A program made the translations under genes and the position numbers. Under the pieces are notes generated by a model, which was not told the origin of the DNA, made no database searches, and worked only from the letters and a program-made list of their open reading frames with translations. From Pseudovirgaria hyperparasitica (Eukaryota), in NCBI GenBank assembly GCA_010093815.1, contig ML996570.1: 64,000 nucleotides of DNA; one strand, 5' to 3'. This document shows positions 11,132 through 23,326 of this stretch, piece after piece (position 1 is the stretch's first letter; the number at the start of each line of letters is the position of its first letter).

Positions 11132-12886
11132 ATGTCGTACTGCGAACCTGACTTTGTCCCGGATCCTATGGACATTGACGACGACGATTTTGAAGTCAAT
11201 GGTACACCTCTGCAGGATTCTGTCGAAGGCTCCGCAGAAGAGCACAGGGTGGCCTATGATAGCCCCAAGAGTCCCCTTGTCGACTTATGGACTCCGTTTG
11301 ATATCTTTGCTGAAGGTCAGCAACGCCGCGCGAAGGCAGACGAAGGGACCGAGTACAAATGCATACAAGAACACATCAATAGTCTGCAGGATTCGCCACT
11401 TCATTCGGGCACAAGTAGAAAGCCGAACATCTACAGACCCATGAGCCCATCCCGTCTGAAGACAGAATACAGCGATGACAGACACACCAACTGGTGGCGA
11501 CCAAGACCAAAGGCTGTGGAAGCTCTACAGTGCTTCATAGGGGCCTACGAAAAAAGGATCGGACGAGACATAGTGTTCAAGATGTTCAAAGACCTCGACG
11601 ATGCCCTGTTTGGTGGCTCTTTGTTGCACCGGGTACACATTTCGTGGTTCAGCAGTACTGGCGACTGTTGTAAGGTCGATGCGAGCAAGAATAATGATAT
11701 CAGCATATATCTCAATGCGGCGAAAATAAGTGGAAGTTCCCCGGAGCTGTATGGAGCATACCTGCATGCCCTAGTACACGCTTTCATGAAATCGCAGACC
11801 ATTCTTCCGGATTACTGTTGTTCTGGACCCAGCAGCAAGTACAGGTCGAAAGAACATGACGATATATTCTACAGCATTCTGGCAAAGGCGAGTAGGCGTC
11901 TGGACCATGTGTTCGAACTACTTGTACAGGACGCGGAGATGTGCGAACAGAAAGGCTTTCTTCCAAGTCAGACACAGCGTGAGAACATCAGGAGGCAGTC
12001 ACAAATCAATCGGACCGACAAGAAGCAGCCTGGTGATAATGTCTTCGCAGAGAAAAAGAAGGGGATTGGCGCAGATCAGGAATCAAGGCAAGGTACACAG
12101 GATAATGGCGAGGACTTCTTTCACAAAAATACAGAGATACCACCACTGTTTGGAGAAAGTCGGCAAGCATATGATCGACAAAAACACAGCAGCTGTGCTG
12201 AACACACTCAGTTCCATGGCAATGCAAGAGGCTCCGCTCATGACAATGCGGATTATAAACAGTACTCGCAATTTGGAGGCAGGAGCAGAAAGGAACATAA
12301 GAAAGCTCCAGCCGAGACACAGTGGAGGAACTGGTTCAGACAAGATGAAAAGGAGGAGAGAAGAGGCACTTTCGGTGATGACAGGCCGTATGAGGGCAGT
12401 CGCTACCAACGGCGTCATTACGATTACGACAAGAGCGAGGAGTCCAGCCATTATGCACCACCACCACCACCACCACCTCCTCCTCCTCCTCCTCCTCCTC
12501 CTCCTCCTCCTCCTTACGGTCATTCACAAGCTGGTAAAAATTATGGCTCTAGTGGATTCCCGAAGTATGAGCGGTATCAGCACCACTACCGGTACGAGCA
12601 ACAAGCAAAACCAGACCCTCCGCCTGCATGGCAGCCACCACTACTTCCTCCCCCTCCACCCTCGAGTAATATATTCAATCCCTACACTGTACTTGGCATT
12701 CATAGGACAGCGAGTATAGAAGAGATCGGGAAAGTTTATAAAAAGCTGGCGTTGGCGAATCATCCGGACAAAGCACATGATAAGAAAGAGGAGGCAACGG
12801 AGAGGATGAAGGAAATTAATATGGCAAGAGAGATACTTGTTAATCCTAAGCGCCGAAAGGATTATGACACAAAGGGAAAATTTTGA
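11132..12886 (+). CDS. 584-aa protein: degenerate SprT-like metalloprotease domain, low-complexity/poly-Pro linker, C-terminal J domain
   Basis: FKDLDDALFGGSL..VHISW..YLHALVHAFM..HDDIF (SprT-like pattern); NPYTVLG..YKKLALANHPDK..MKEINMAREILVNPKRRKDYD (J domain). Confidence 0.85.
   Translation: MSYCEPDFVPDPMDIDDDDFEVNGTPLQDSVEGSAEEHRVAYDSPKSPLVDLWTPFDIFAEGQQRRAKADEGTEYKCIQEHINSLQDSPLHSGTSRKPNIYRPMSPSRLKTEYSDDRHTNWWRPRPKAVEALQCFIGAYEKRIGRDIVFKMFKDLDDALFGGSLLHRVHISWFSSTGDCCKVDASKNNDISIYLNAAKISGSSPELYGAYLHALVHAFMKSQTILPDYCCSGPSSKYRSKEHDDIFYSILAKASRRLDHVFELLVQDAEMCEQKGFLPSQTQRENIRRQSQINRTDKKQPGDNVFAEKKKGIGADQESRQGTQDNGEDFFHKNTEIPPLFGESRQAYDRQKHSSCAEHTQFHGNARGSAHDNADYKQYSQFGGRSRKEHKKAPAETQWRNWFRQDEKEERRGTFGDDRPYEGSRYQRRHYDYDKSEESSHYAPPPPPPPPPPPPPPPPPPPYGHSQAGKNYGSSGFPKYERYQHHYRYEQQAKPDPPPAWQPPLLPPPPPSSNIFNPYTVLGIHRTASIEEIGKVYKKLALANHPDKAHDKKEEATERMKEINMAREILVNPKRRKDYDTKGKF
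12458..12514 (+). repeat. Coding microsatellite (CCA)6(CCT)13 encoding 19 prolines
   Basis: Read directly from sequence. Confidence 0.95.
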
Positions 12887-13511
12887 ACAGCCGCAGTATA
12901 TGTAGAGGAAGCAATGTAGCAGTCACAGACGGACGGGACCAACCAACCATGGTGGATATGGTAGACTATCAGGAGACTCACAAGTGTAGACAAGGAGAAT
13001 ATGTCGCGGCACTTATTTTCATTCAGGTTTGAAGATCGTCTTTTGAGGAGGCAAAATTAATGACCTGAACCGTAAAAGTTTACGTCACAGAGAAATGAAT
13101 GGTTGGCAGTTGACCTTCGCTTAGGCTTTGTACGCCGATGAGGGTCTGTCTGTCGGAGGTCAGTATGTATAATAGTAGTTAATTTTCAGGTTATGCAGAG
13201 ACCGTCCCGAAAGAACAGAGACGCCACAATTTTGTGAGTTAGTGCTCCAGCCCTCGCTCGACCACGGGAATAGCGTGAAACTGTGGAGATGCCTTCTTTA
13301 TCCCCGAAAATCGACGCTAGCACCAAGGCTGGCCAATGGAAGCTCCGCTTCTTCGAAGTTGTCATCTGCTCGACGATTGGCCAGCCAGATCGCCCTCGGC
13401 AGACGGGCAAGAGTGTCTGCATCACCACTCTCTCTGCCACATCTGACCGTTTTGACCTCAAAACGCCTTTTCAACCTTTACCCCCTCTCCCTCTCCACTC
13501 CACCATACACA

Positions 13512-14505
13512 ATGGCAACCTCACGAGCTCTATCACGGCTTGCCCTCAGGCGCGCAGGTACGTGCGCACCCGCAAGGTCACTATACTCGCCAATGCTAAC
13601 AGCCGCATAGCAGCACCCACCTCGGTATTCACACGCACCTTCGCCACGGTCTCTCCCAGCCGCCCTGTCGTCCCCGAATCACAAACCTCGACCGCAAAAG
13701 AACCTTCGCCCGAAAAAGATGCTAGAATCAAGACCTTTCACATTTATCGCTGGAATCCTGATGAGCCGACCAGCAAGCCAAAGATGCAATCCTACACACT
13801 GGATCTCAACAAGACCGGACCCATGATGCTCGACGCCCTGATCCGCATCAAAAACGAACTTGATCCTACCCTCACCTTCCGCCGTTCGTGCCGCGAGGGT
13901 ATCTGTGGTAGCTGCGCCATGAACATTGACGGCGTGAATACACTGGCATGTTTGTGTCGTATTCCCACCGAGACAACCCAGGAATCACGCGTCTACCCAC
14001 TGCCACACATGTATGTGGTCAAGGATCTAGTGCCAGATTTGACGAACTTTTACAAGCAATACCGCTCAATCAAGCCGTACCTGCAGCGCGACACCCCGCC
14101 GCCAGATGTATGTCTCCTAAATAGCCAGCCTCCCTCTGGTGTCTCCTCTAGTAGTCATCCAAATGTACTAATACTTACCAGGGCCGTGAGAACCGTCAAT
14201 CCAAAGCCGAACGCCGCAAGCTTGACGGTCTTTATGAATGCATTCTCTGCGCCTGCTGCAGCACATCATGCCCGTCGTATTGGTGGAATCAAGAAGAATA
14301 CCTCGGTCCCGCCGTTCTCCTACAGTCATACCGGTGGATTGCTGATAGCCGTGACGAGAAGACGCAGGAGCGACAGGATGCGTTGAACAACAGTATGAGC
14401 CTGTACCGCTGTCACACAATCTTGAACTGCTCGCGCGTGTGTCCAAAGGGGCTGAATCCGGGTTTGGCGATCGCGGAGATCAAGAAGAGTATGGCGTTCA
14501 CTTGA
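13512..14505 (+). CDS. SDH2: Succinate dehydrogenase iron-sulfur subunit (SdhB); 3 exons (introns 13558-13610, 14108-14181)
   Basis: [57 protein letters not shown]; Arg-rich presequence [15 protein letters not shown]. Confidence 0.98.
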
Positions 14506-14825
14506 GCATCGCATGGACGATTAAAAGGCGTAGGGTTGTAGAAAGATTGCATGAGTATATGGGTCAGAGAGATTTTCTTATGTATATTTTGTGCTCGGAG
14601 TCGAGCATGCGACACTGCTTGATTGTGCAAGTGGCGTTTTAACTAGGCATGTAAAGCATAGCAACATTCAGCATTCAACAATCCATAATTGTGCCAATAT
14701 TGTTCAGGTGATCTCACCGTTTGTCTAGTTATCCCAATTCGATAATGCTCGTACGAATCGCTGTCTGCTTACACTTCCAGCACCTTCACTTTCGTCATGC
14801 ACAACACAGACCTATCTCGGACTTG

Positions 14826-17466
14826 CTATTCTCCAGACATGCAATGACAAGTATTGCCACGTTCGTGCTCAGGACTCCCCCGGCTGGGAGGCGGTAATGG
14901 AGCGACGTCAGGCATGTCCTCGTCGGGTGCGACGACCGACATCTCTGCCAGGGCTGCTTCGGCCTCGAGGGCATCCATCATGACGGCATCGATCGAGTAT
15001 CTTTCCGTACTGATGACCCTTCTCAACCTCGTCTCCACACTTTGAAGCCTCCTCTCGTTCACAGTTGCAGGCGTCCTCACAGTGAAATCTCTACTCTCGC
15101 TCATATCGATATCTGTCGACGCCTTCGTGTTTGCATCATCAAGTATGTCGTCCAAGTCATCGTTTTCCTCTATCCACGGTCGAATCACGAATTCTCTGAC
15201 TAGTACATCACCAGTATTAATCGGGTGTGCCATCGCACTGTCTTTCCGGTCGTCCTTATTCCGTCCAATAGATCGACAGACGACACGTCCGTTGCGCTCA
15301 TAGAGCACGCAATTTGCCTTCAGTCCGTGGTTGCCTTGACCTTCAACTCGTAGTATGCTCGCGATCGGATACAGGCTGCCTACCCAGAGCTGCTTCTCGC
15401 GGAAATTCTCGTCCTGCCAAATTCTGCCAGGGATTAGCTGCCGTGTCTCGCCCATCACGTACTCAGCGACAGATTTGTAGCGCGCTAGCGGTCGTTGTGA
15501 GCAGATGGAACCGTCATCATTGTAGAGCTTCTTAAAGCGAGCACCAATCGTAGTGTCCATATTGTCCCAGATCTTGAGAAGCATAGTGTTGAGCATCCAG
15601 CCGTCATAGTTTTTAACTTCGAACGCGAGTTTGGCACCGCCAATCTTCATCAGGAACTCGAAGGGTTTGCGAATGTTGAGATCGAAATGCCATGGAGCAA
15701 GGTGATCTGTCGATCCAGGACTTTCAGGGAAACGGAGAGCTTGATTTTTACAATTATACTTGTCTGGAAAGGTATAGTGCAACGGTGCTGGGGTGAAGTT
15801 ACAGTGTCGATATAGACTCGGGGCTTCTTGGCAATTAAGATTAAGCAACTGTACTCCGGCATGTGCCAAAGGATGCTGCCTAGTACCACTGGTTTGAGCA
15901 ATTATACGGAGCAGTAATAAGGACGACATACGCGCCTCGTGAGGAGTTGGTACACCAACCATTTCCTTTGGGGACGTGGTGTCACGTATCCACCCGTCTA
16001 GCTTTAGGCCACAGGTATCCGCATGATGCAGGTCAGTGGTTGCCGCCCAACAATCTTTACAGCAGAAAGGTACGTCCATACAACTGTCGCAGACGCTGAA
16101 TCCCTCTGATGGTTCGACTGTAAGCCTTTGAACTGTGCGTTGTGTTGGTGCTTCAAATGATCCTTCAGCTATCGTTGTGAACGAATCATCTTGGTCATCT
16201 TGGTAAGCCTCGTCGTCCTCGGAGACTTCGGTGACTCCTACAACCACGGGAGGAGCGGTTGGCTCGGGAGACATAGAAGGCCCTGGTGACCTCGAGGTGG
16301 GATCTCGCTTATCATTGACGCAAAGGGCGTCTCTGTAAGCTTTTTCAAGCAGCTCTCGCGATGCTGTCAGACTAGCGAAACAGCCTTCACATGTGGGATC
16401 GTTCCCATATAGAATCGTGCTGACAGACCCGACCATCCATGTAGATCGCTCGCAGAATATTTGCTCCTCCTCTTCCGTGAGATTGTCTTCGGCACAGAGA
16501 TGGAGGTTGAGCACCTGTAAGCTTTCACCACGAATGCTGACATTCTTATTGCCATTGAGCGCAGATTTGTTCAATTTCTTAAGCGTTTCATTGAATTTTC
16601 CAGTAGTTTCGATATAGTTGTAAGTGTCCCAAGGATATAAACACCGGGGTATCCTCGTGTACTTCATTTCCATGAGTTCGTTTATCAACGGAGTAGACGT
16701 GTTTCGTTGCAAGTTCAGCCCTGCGGACGCCTCCTCTTTCTGTTGTTTGGCAAGACTTGAGAAAATCTCAGACTCTAAGCTGAATAATTGTTCACGCTCA
16801 TCAGATGAGCAAGTAGCCTCGTCATGAGCATCCACCATTACGTCGAGCGCAGACTTAGCTGCACCACCACCAAGCTGGTACAGCGACAGTGCTAACAAGT
16901 ACCGGGCTTTCATTTTGAGACCGTAGCAGAAATTGGAATAGTTCTGTACTAGAATGTCCACGTCGTCTGGAAAATCGACCTCCGAGAGAAAGATTCTGAT
17001 GCTTCCGAGTTTCGTGTTCAGCCATGGGAGTTCCCCTCGAGCGATATAGCATGTTGGGGGCAAGGTCCAAGGCTCTTCTCTAACATCTGCAGCTATGTTC
17101 ATGTATTTGAGAAAGTGCTCAATCTGATCTCTCCACAAGTTCTCCTGCTCGTCAATCATGCCAATGTTGGCAGCGTGCATGGCTCTGCATTACTATGTCA
17201 GTACGACACTCTAATGTAAGACTTGCGGACTACCTGTATGCATCCATTGCGGCCAACTCCGGATAGTCAAGCAGGAGATGGGCAAGGGCCCTACCGATGA
17301 AAGCGCAAGCATGACCTGGTGACGTTCTCGTTAAGACTTCTTCTGTGTAAAGCCCTTCTGCTTCGACGTAATGAGCTTTGACGAGGTACCCATTTGCCTT
17401 GTCGATCTTTTGGGCAGCTCGTTTGAGTGCCCTGGACGAGTGACGATCATCGCCTGCGAGCGACAT
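14826..17466 (-). CDS. TPR plus MYND-zinc-finger / SET-like hypothetical protein; intron 17185-17233
   Basis: N-terminal TPR-like helix pair (AFIGRALAHLLLDYPELAAMDAYR); CEGC...CDSCMDVPFCCKDCW...HHADTCG; 784-aa second exon. Confidence 0.75.
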
Positions 17467-18808
17467 ATTTACAACTCACTTGAAATAATGCAGAGGCTGA
17501 ATGCGATACTCATACGGGGGATATCAGGAGAGGGAGCCTCGAATGAGTGGAAAAAGGAAAATGAGCTGCTATCGAGTTGGAAGACAATGGAAGGTGTTTC
17601 AAGGTCGGCGACCTGGCGAAGCTGCCGGGCATTGTTTACATGAACAAGGAAGGAACACACACAGCGCTCACACTGGTAGAAGTGAATTCCCCTGTCTCGC
17701 TAATCATAGCAGGTATTCACTTCAGCGCTTACAGTGTTTGTGCTCACTCATAACGGCTTCTTCTACGTTCAGATCGCTATGCTCAGTCGAAAGTGAAAAG
17801 GATTGTACGACAGTGTTTGGGAGACGGCATGATGATCACGTCTCGCACAATCTTGGTGTTGTGCCTATTGGCAGTCTCTATTCTCTGAGATCATCCGTGG
17901 GCTCAGCCCTGTGGTCGATCTACCTAATATACGTTGTGCACAGATTGAGAGGCGTGAACAACGCGTCTTCGGAGACATTGACCAACGCTCAGGTGTTGAC
18001 AGTGAAATCGGGAGACTTGGATCTGGACATGCCTTAAGAATAGAAACGATGCTTGGCCATCAGTAGGTTCGTGCGTGAAATTGACGTTCAAAGAAATGTG
18101 GTATTGTTTTGTAGTAAGCTCTCTCTAGGAGGTGAAAACAAGCAAATTGATTAATGGGCCCCGGTAATAAGTTCCCACTGTTACTGTGCCACCCGTCAGC
18201 CACCCGTCAACGCCACAGGAGACACAAAGCTTAAGGCTAGAGCTGCAAAGTAATTAGTGACTGTGCACGAGCTTCTTGGCTTCACAAGCTCATCATCTGA
18301 TGTGATGCGCTGCGATGCGATGCCCGCGACTAATATACATAGTACAATATTAAGCCTTTCCAAGCATGGCTTGTTGGCGATCTCTGCTCCGTGCTCCTCA
18401 GCAGAACAACCATCCCATCCACCCCCGGACCATGGTTCTCCGCCTCTATTGTGCTTCGGACTGCTCGCACATTCATTGCGCGCCCAGCACCAGCAGTCTC
18501 TCCTCTGGTACCGGGTGCTGTAGCTCTTTAGCCCGACCCAGAGTCTGGTAGCTCTATTAATTTATTACCTGGTGTTAGACTTTCAATCCTGCGATTAATT
18601 GTCCTCTTCGAGAACACCCTCAGACTTCGGCTTCTTCTAATCTTCAGCAGACTTCCTTTGAGACAACCTTGGAAGAACGTGATAGTCTGTAAGTACGAAT
18701 ATAACATGTCTCATTTGCGACCATGGCAGACCTGACTCGCATTCCACAGACAATCTACCAATCAGCCACTTCGCTCGCATCAACGTCCAAACATTCAGAA
18801 TAAGCATC

Positions 18809-19057
18809 ATGGCCGCTGTCAATTTTGCCCTCCTCGCCCGCTCCGACGAAGCAAGAGCTGCCGTCGAGAAGCTTGCCCGCCGTAAGAATTGGGCAGCTCG
18901 CGAACCAGGCGTCATTGTCGTCTTCATTATCATCTCCCTAATCGTATTCCTCCTCGTTGGTCTACATGCCTCAAAGCAGTACAAGGCCCACAAATTGAAG
19001 AAGGAAAACGAGAAGGCGATGGCTTTAGTGCTCCCGCCTGTCCGGGAGGCCCAGTGA
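18809..19057 (+). CDS. 82-aa single-pass membrane microprotein
   Basis: atcATGG context; KNWAAREPGVIVVFIIISLIVFLLVGL hydrophobic helix followed by a basic tail; canonical 5'-UTR intron ~18689-18749. Confidence 0.75.
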   Translation: MAAVNFALLARSDEARAAVEKLARRKNWAAREPGVIVVFIIISLIVFLLVGLHASKQYKAHKLKKENEKAMALVLPPVREAQ

Positions 19058-19642
19058 TACACACTCTGCTTGGCCACTGGTCTTGAACGTTTTACTGTAT
19101 GATGGGATGGGACCTTGAATTTGTACATGGGAGATACCCTCTTACTGTTGGGATACAGTTCTGTTAAACGTAGAGTGCTGTTCTGACAGGGCACTTGATA
19201 CCGTCCCATGCGCCGGGTCGCACCTTGTACCCCTCGCTGAAGCTAATATAAATAATTTTCTTCGAGACCTGCATGGGTGTCTATTGCAATCGTGTGATCA
19301 CAGCACTCATGTGGCAATTTACATGAATTCTTTGATCTTCACATTCCATCAGTGTGGTTGAATGTAGTGAATGTTATCCCACTCTACTTCTGATATGACG
19401 CGACGCCATAAACTGTGGGGATTATGGGAGAAACACAAGCGGCAGCGGGCGGGTAGGTTCAGCGGAGTGGATTGGAGTCAGTGCTCCCAGTGTTGAAAAT
19501 ACGTCAGGCAGGTAAACTTAATTTGCTCTGCTGAGTATAGTTACAGCACAGGTGTATATGGCTGAGAAAGCATAAACACTTCTTCGACTAACGCTCAGCA
19601 TTATTCACCTTCTCATCTAAGTAGCTTTGTCCTGAGAATTGT

Positions 19643-19686
19643 CCAATCACGTGATGGCGCGTTTACGCGTCTACGCGTTCGCGCCA
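19643..19686. promoter_or_regulatory. MSH3 promoter: CCAAT, E-box CACGTG and two MCB elements (ACGCGT)
   Basis: CCAAT 19643-47, CACGTG 19648-53, ACGCGT 19665-70 and 19673-78, ~90 bp upstream of a DNA-repair gene. Confidence 0.7.
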
Positions 19687-19770
19687 CATATCTATGCTTT
19701 CCACTATATTTCTGTACTGCAGTTGTCGTTGCTCCGCTAAAGCCACAGCCTCAACCCCAGGCCTCAACAA

Positions 19771-22700
19771 ATGGCACCCCAAAGCTCTCCTCTGCCCTCG
19801 ACGCAAGCGAAGAAGCAAGCTTCCATCTCAAGCTTCTTCACACCTAAGTCATCAGCGCCGAAATCCTCACCACCTGCCCCGGAAGCTACCACCAGTGGCG
19901 GACACAAACCAGTAAGTAAAGAGCATGGAGACTCTGTGCGCTCAACATCGGGCACAAAGCGATCTCGTGAGGATGGAGAAGAGCATTCACCACTAGCCCG
20001 ACCTCAATCGAAGAAGAAGCGTCCTTTGATGGCATCTGCTAGCATTGATGACAGCTTTGAGGCGGGGACTCTCCCCATGACCAATGGATGCACTGCTTCC
20101 AGCTCTGCAACACAAAAGAATGCGAATGGGTTGAAAGTCTCGGGGCGAACGTCCAAATACCTCTTCTCGAGCTCACCTCTGCACGATGAGAACGAAAGCG
20201 ACCAGGATACAGAGGAGAAGAAGCAAGAGAAGGACCGCCTACACCAGCGCTTTGTCAGGAAGCTGGGTAGGCCAGAGGCTATGGCAGAGATCAGACGACG
20301 CAATCATACCGGCACTGAAGACCCCGCCGCTGCTGAGGAGGGCGAGGAAGAGGAGGGCGAGGAAGAAACCCCAGCACTGAAAGGCAGAGGAAGGAGATTA
20401 GCTGCAACAAAGAAGCCCAAGACACTTACACCTATGGAGAAACAAGTGGTGGAACTCAAAAAGAGCAATATGGATACACTTTTGGTCGTAGAGGTTGGTT
20501 ACAAATTCAGGTTTTTCGGTGAAGATGCTAGAATAGCAGCGAAAGAACTGAGCATCGTATGTATACCTGGCAAGTTTCGATTCGACGATCATCCATCAGA
20601 AGCACATCTCGAAAAGTTTGCGTCTGCAAGTATCCCCGTTCACAGACTGCACGTCCATGTCAAGCGACTGGTTGCAGCCGGACACAAGGTCGGCGTAGTC
20701 AGGCAATTGGAAACGGCTGCATTGAAGGCAGTCGGTGATAACCGCAACACGCCGTTTGTCAGGAAACTTACCAATCTGTACACAAAAGGCACGTACATCG
20801 ATGATGTGGAGGGCCTGGAGGGATCTTTGAACACACCTAGCGACCAGGCCCCTGCCACGGGATATCTGCTCTGCATGACAGAAACGAACGCAAAAGGTTG
20901 GGGTGATGATGAGAAGGTTCATGTTGGCATAGTTGCTGTGCAGCCTGCGACTGGCGATATTATATACGATGACTTCGAGGATGGCTTCATGCGGAGTGAG
21001 ATCGAGACGCGCCTTTTGCATATCGCCCCTTGCGAATTTCTCATTGTTGGAGAAATGTCGAAAACGACGGAGAAGCTAGTCAGTCATCTGTCGGGAAGTA
21101 AGACAAACGTGTTTGGCGATCAGGCCCGCGTAGAGAGAGTTGCAAAGAACAAGACTATGGCTGCGGAAGCCTTCAGTCATATCTCCAATTTCTATGCGGA
21201 TAGAGTGAAGACGGAAGCAGGTTACTCTGCGAACACAGAAACTGCCACACATGTCCTCGATCAAGCACACCAGCTATCTGAGCTCGTATCAATATGCTTG
21301 TCAGCTATGATCAAGCACATGTCTGAGTATGGTCTCGAACATGTGTTTGACCTGACTAAATACTTCCAGCCATTCAGTGCACGATCACATATGCTGCTGA
21401 ATGGAAACACACTTACGAGTCTGGAGATCTATCAGAATCAAACTGATCATACTGAGAAGGGCAGTTTGTTCTGGTGTATCAATCGCACGAAAACAAGGTT
21501 CGGTCACCGATTGCTTCGCAAATGGGTAGGCAGGCCTTTACTCGACAAGCTGCAGCTTGAAGACCGCATAGCTGCAGTGGAAGAACTCAAGAAAGGAGAA
21601 CACACTATCCCTGTTGATAAGCTGAACCATGTACTAGGTGGTATCAAGGGAGACCTTGAGAAATCTTTACTTCGAATATACTACCAAAAGTGCACGCGCC
21701 CAGAACTCCTGAACGTACTGCAATCCTTACAGGCTATAGGCAATCACTACGCTGGCGTGAAAGGCCCTGAGTCCGCTGGATTCAGGTCTTCAGTCTTGAA
21801 TGAAGCCATCACTGCTCTTCCCAAAATTTCTGAAGATGTGGTCGGCTATCTGGAAAGAATAAATCCTCAAGCCGCCAAAGTCGACGACAAATATAACTTC
21901 TTCCGTGACGAGTACGACACCGAAGACATCGTTGCTCACCGCTTAGGAATTGCGACCATAGAAAGCGAACTCGACCACCATCGCGCCGAAGCTGCTGAGA
22001 AGATCAAGAAGAAACGTGTCGACTACACCACCGTCGCTGGCATCGAATATCTCATCGAAATCGACAACAAAGAATTAAAGAATGTTCCAGCATCCTGGCA
22101 GAAGATTAGCGGCACAAAAGCCAAATCGCGATTTCACACTCCCACAGTCATCGCAAAAATTCGTGAACGCGACCAACACAAAGAATCGCTCGCCGCCGCC
22201 TGCGACACCGCTTTCAAGACCCTCCTCACCGACATCAGTACTAGATACCAATCTCTACGCGACTGCATACAGGCCCTCGCCCACCTCGACTGTCTCCTCA
22301 GCCTGGCCACCGTCGCCTCGCAACCTGGCTACACGAAACCTACCTTTACCACCTCCCAAACAATCGCGGTTCAAGGCGCTCGCCACCCCATGGTCGAACA
22401 CCTCCTCCTCGACGCCTACGTTCCCAATGATATCCACCTCTCGCATGACCCCAACACCGCCCCCCGCGCCCTTCTTCTCACCGGCCCAAACATGGGCGGC
22501 AAGAGTTCATACGTACGCTCTGTCGCCCTCACAATCATACTCGCCCAACTCGGCTCCTACGTACCTGCGTCCTCAGCATCTCTACCCCTCCTGGATGCCG
22601 TCTTCACCCGCATGGGCGCACATGACAACATGCTCGCTGGCGAAAGCACATTCATGGTCGAGCTCTCCGAAACCGCAGATATCCTCAAGACTGCCACCCC

Positions 22701-23172
22701 GCGCAGCCTGGTCCTCCTGGACGAATTGGGCCGCGGCACGAGCACGCATGACGGCGTTGCCATTGCCAGCGCCGTACTGGAGTATGTCGTCCGCGAGATA
22801 GGCTGCTACACTTTGTTTGTCACACATTACCAGACTCTGGCCCATACTACAAAACGCTTCCCCGCTGGCGAGCTGCGCAATGTGCATATGCGCTTTCGCG
22901 AAAATGAAGGCGTAGAGGAGTCGGAAGGTGAGGTGACATTCTTGTATGAAGTCGGCGAGGGCGTCGCGCATCGCAGTTATGGGCTTAATGTAGCGAGACT
23001 GGCGAGGGTGCCGGGAAGTGTGTTGGAGGTTGCGAGGGAGAAGAGTGGCGAGCTTGAGGGCAGGATGAGAGGAGTCCTAGTGGGCAATGTTGTGAACCTT
23101 GTAGCAAGGGTGATGGAGGAGGGCGATGAGGATGCGGTGGACATGCTAGTAAGGGGTATAGAGGAGCTGTAG
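19771..23172 (+). CDS. MSH3: DNA mismatch repair protein Msh3 (intronless, 1133 aa)
   Basis: PIP box [22 protein letters not shown] (Msh3-type); Walker [40 protein letters not shown]. Confidence 0.97.
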   Translation: MAPQSSPLPSTQAKKQASISSFFTPKSSAPKSSPPAPEATTSGGHKPVSKEHGDSVRSTSGTKRSREDGEEHSPLARPQSKKKRPLMASASIDDSFEAGTLPMTNGCTASSSATQKNANGLKVSGRTSKYLFSSSPLHDENESDQDTEEKKQEKDRLHQRFVRKLGRPEAMAEIRRRNHTGTEDPAAAEEGEEEEGEEETPALKGRGRRLAATKKPKTLTPMEKQVVELKKSNMDTLLVVEVGYKFRFFGEDARIAAKELSIVCIPGKFRFDDHPSEAHLEKFASASIPVHRLHVHVKRLVAAGHKVGVVRQLETAALKAVGDNRNTPFVRKLTNLYTKGTYIDDVEGLEGSLNTPSDQAPATGYLLCMTETNAKGWGDDEKVHVGIVAVQPATGDIIYDDFEDGFMRSEIETRLLHIAPCEFLIVGEMSKTTEKLVSHLSGSKTNVFGDQARVERVAKNKTMAAEAFSHISNFYADRVKTEAGYSANTETATHVLDQAHQLSELVSICLSAMIKHMSEYGLEHVFDLTKYFQPFSARSHMLLNGNTLTSLEIYQNQTDHTEKGSLFWCINRTKTRFGHRLLRKWVGRPLLDKLQLEDRIAAVEELKKGEHTIPVDKLNHVLGGIKGDLEKSLLRIYYQKCTRPELLNVLQSLQAIGNHYAGVKGPESAGFRSSVLNEAITALPKISEDVVGYLERINPQAAKVDDKYNFFRDEYDTEDIVAHRLGIATIESELDHHRAEAAEKIKKKRVDYTTVAGIEYLIEIDNKELKNVPASWQKISGTKAKSRFHTPTVIAKIRERDQHKESLAAACDTAFKTLLTDISTRYQSLRDCIQALAHLDCLLSLATVASQPGYTKPTFTTSQTIAVQGARHPMVEHLLLDAYVPNDIHLSHDPNTAPRALLLTGPNMGGKSSYVRSVALTIILAQLGSYVPASSASLPLLDAVFTRMGAHDNMLAGESTFMVELSETADILKTATPRSLVLLDELGRGTSTHDGVAIASAVLEYVVREIGCYTLFVTHYQTLAHTTKRFPAGELRNVHMRFRENEGVEESEGEVTFLYEVGEGVAHRSYGLNVARLARVPGSVLEVAREKSGELEGRMRGVLVGNVVNLVARVMEEGDEDAVDMLVRGIEEL

Positions 23173-23326
23173 AGATGGAGCATACCGGCCAATGGGCAAC
23201 ATCGCCATGTCACACGTTTATGTATCGGATGATGCAAGCCGCAAGGCCTTAATATACATCATTGCATGAATACACTATCGACATCCCGTGCGAGTGATAC
23301 TTTTATCGTACAAGCCCCCAGTTGCA

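Noticed and set aside
11856..12719. 287-aa alternative-frame ORF and antisense ORFs with poly-His/Leu/Arg/Glu runs
   Set aside because: Shadows of the CCA/CCT microsatellite in the real gene
13283..13511. N-terminal extension of the 367-aa ORF over SDH2
   Set aside because: Results from reading through intron 1; the true start at 13512 gives a normal presequence
18188..18209. GCCACCCGTCA x2 tandem repeat
   Set aside because: Only two short units with no spacer structure; not CRISPR-like
22082..22801. 239-aa overlapping ORF inside MSH3
   Set aside because: Explained by C-rich third codon positions suppressing stops; no domain features
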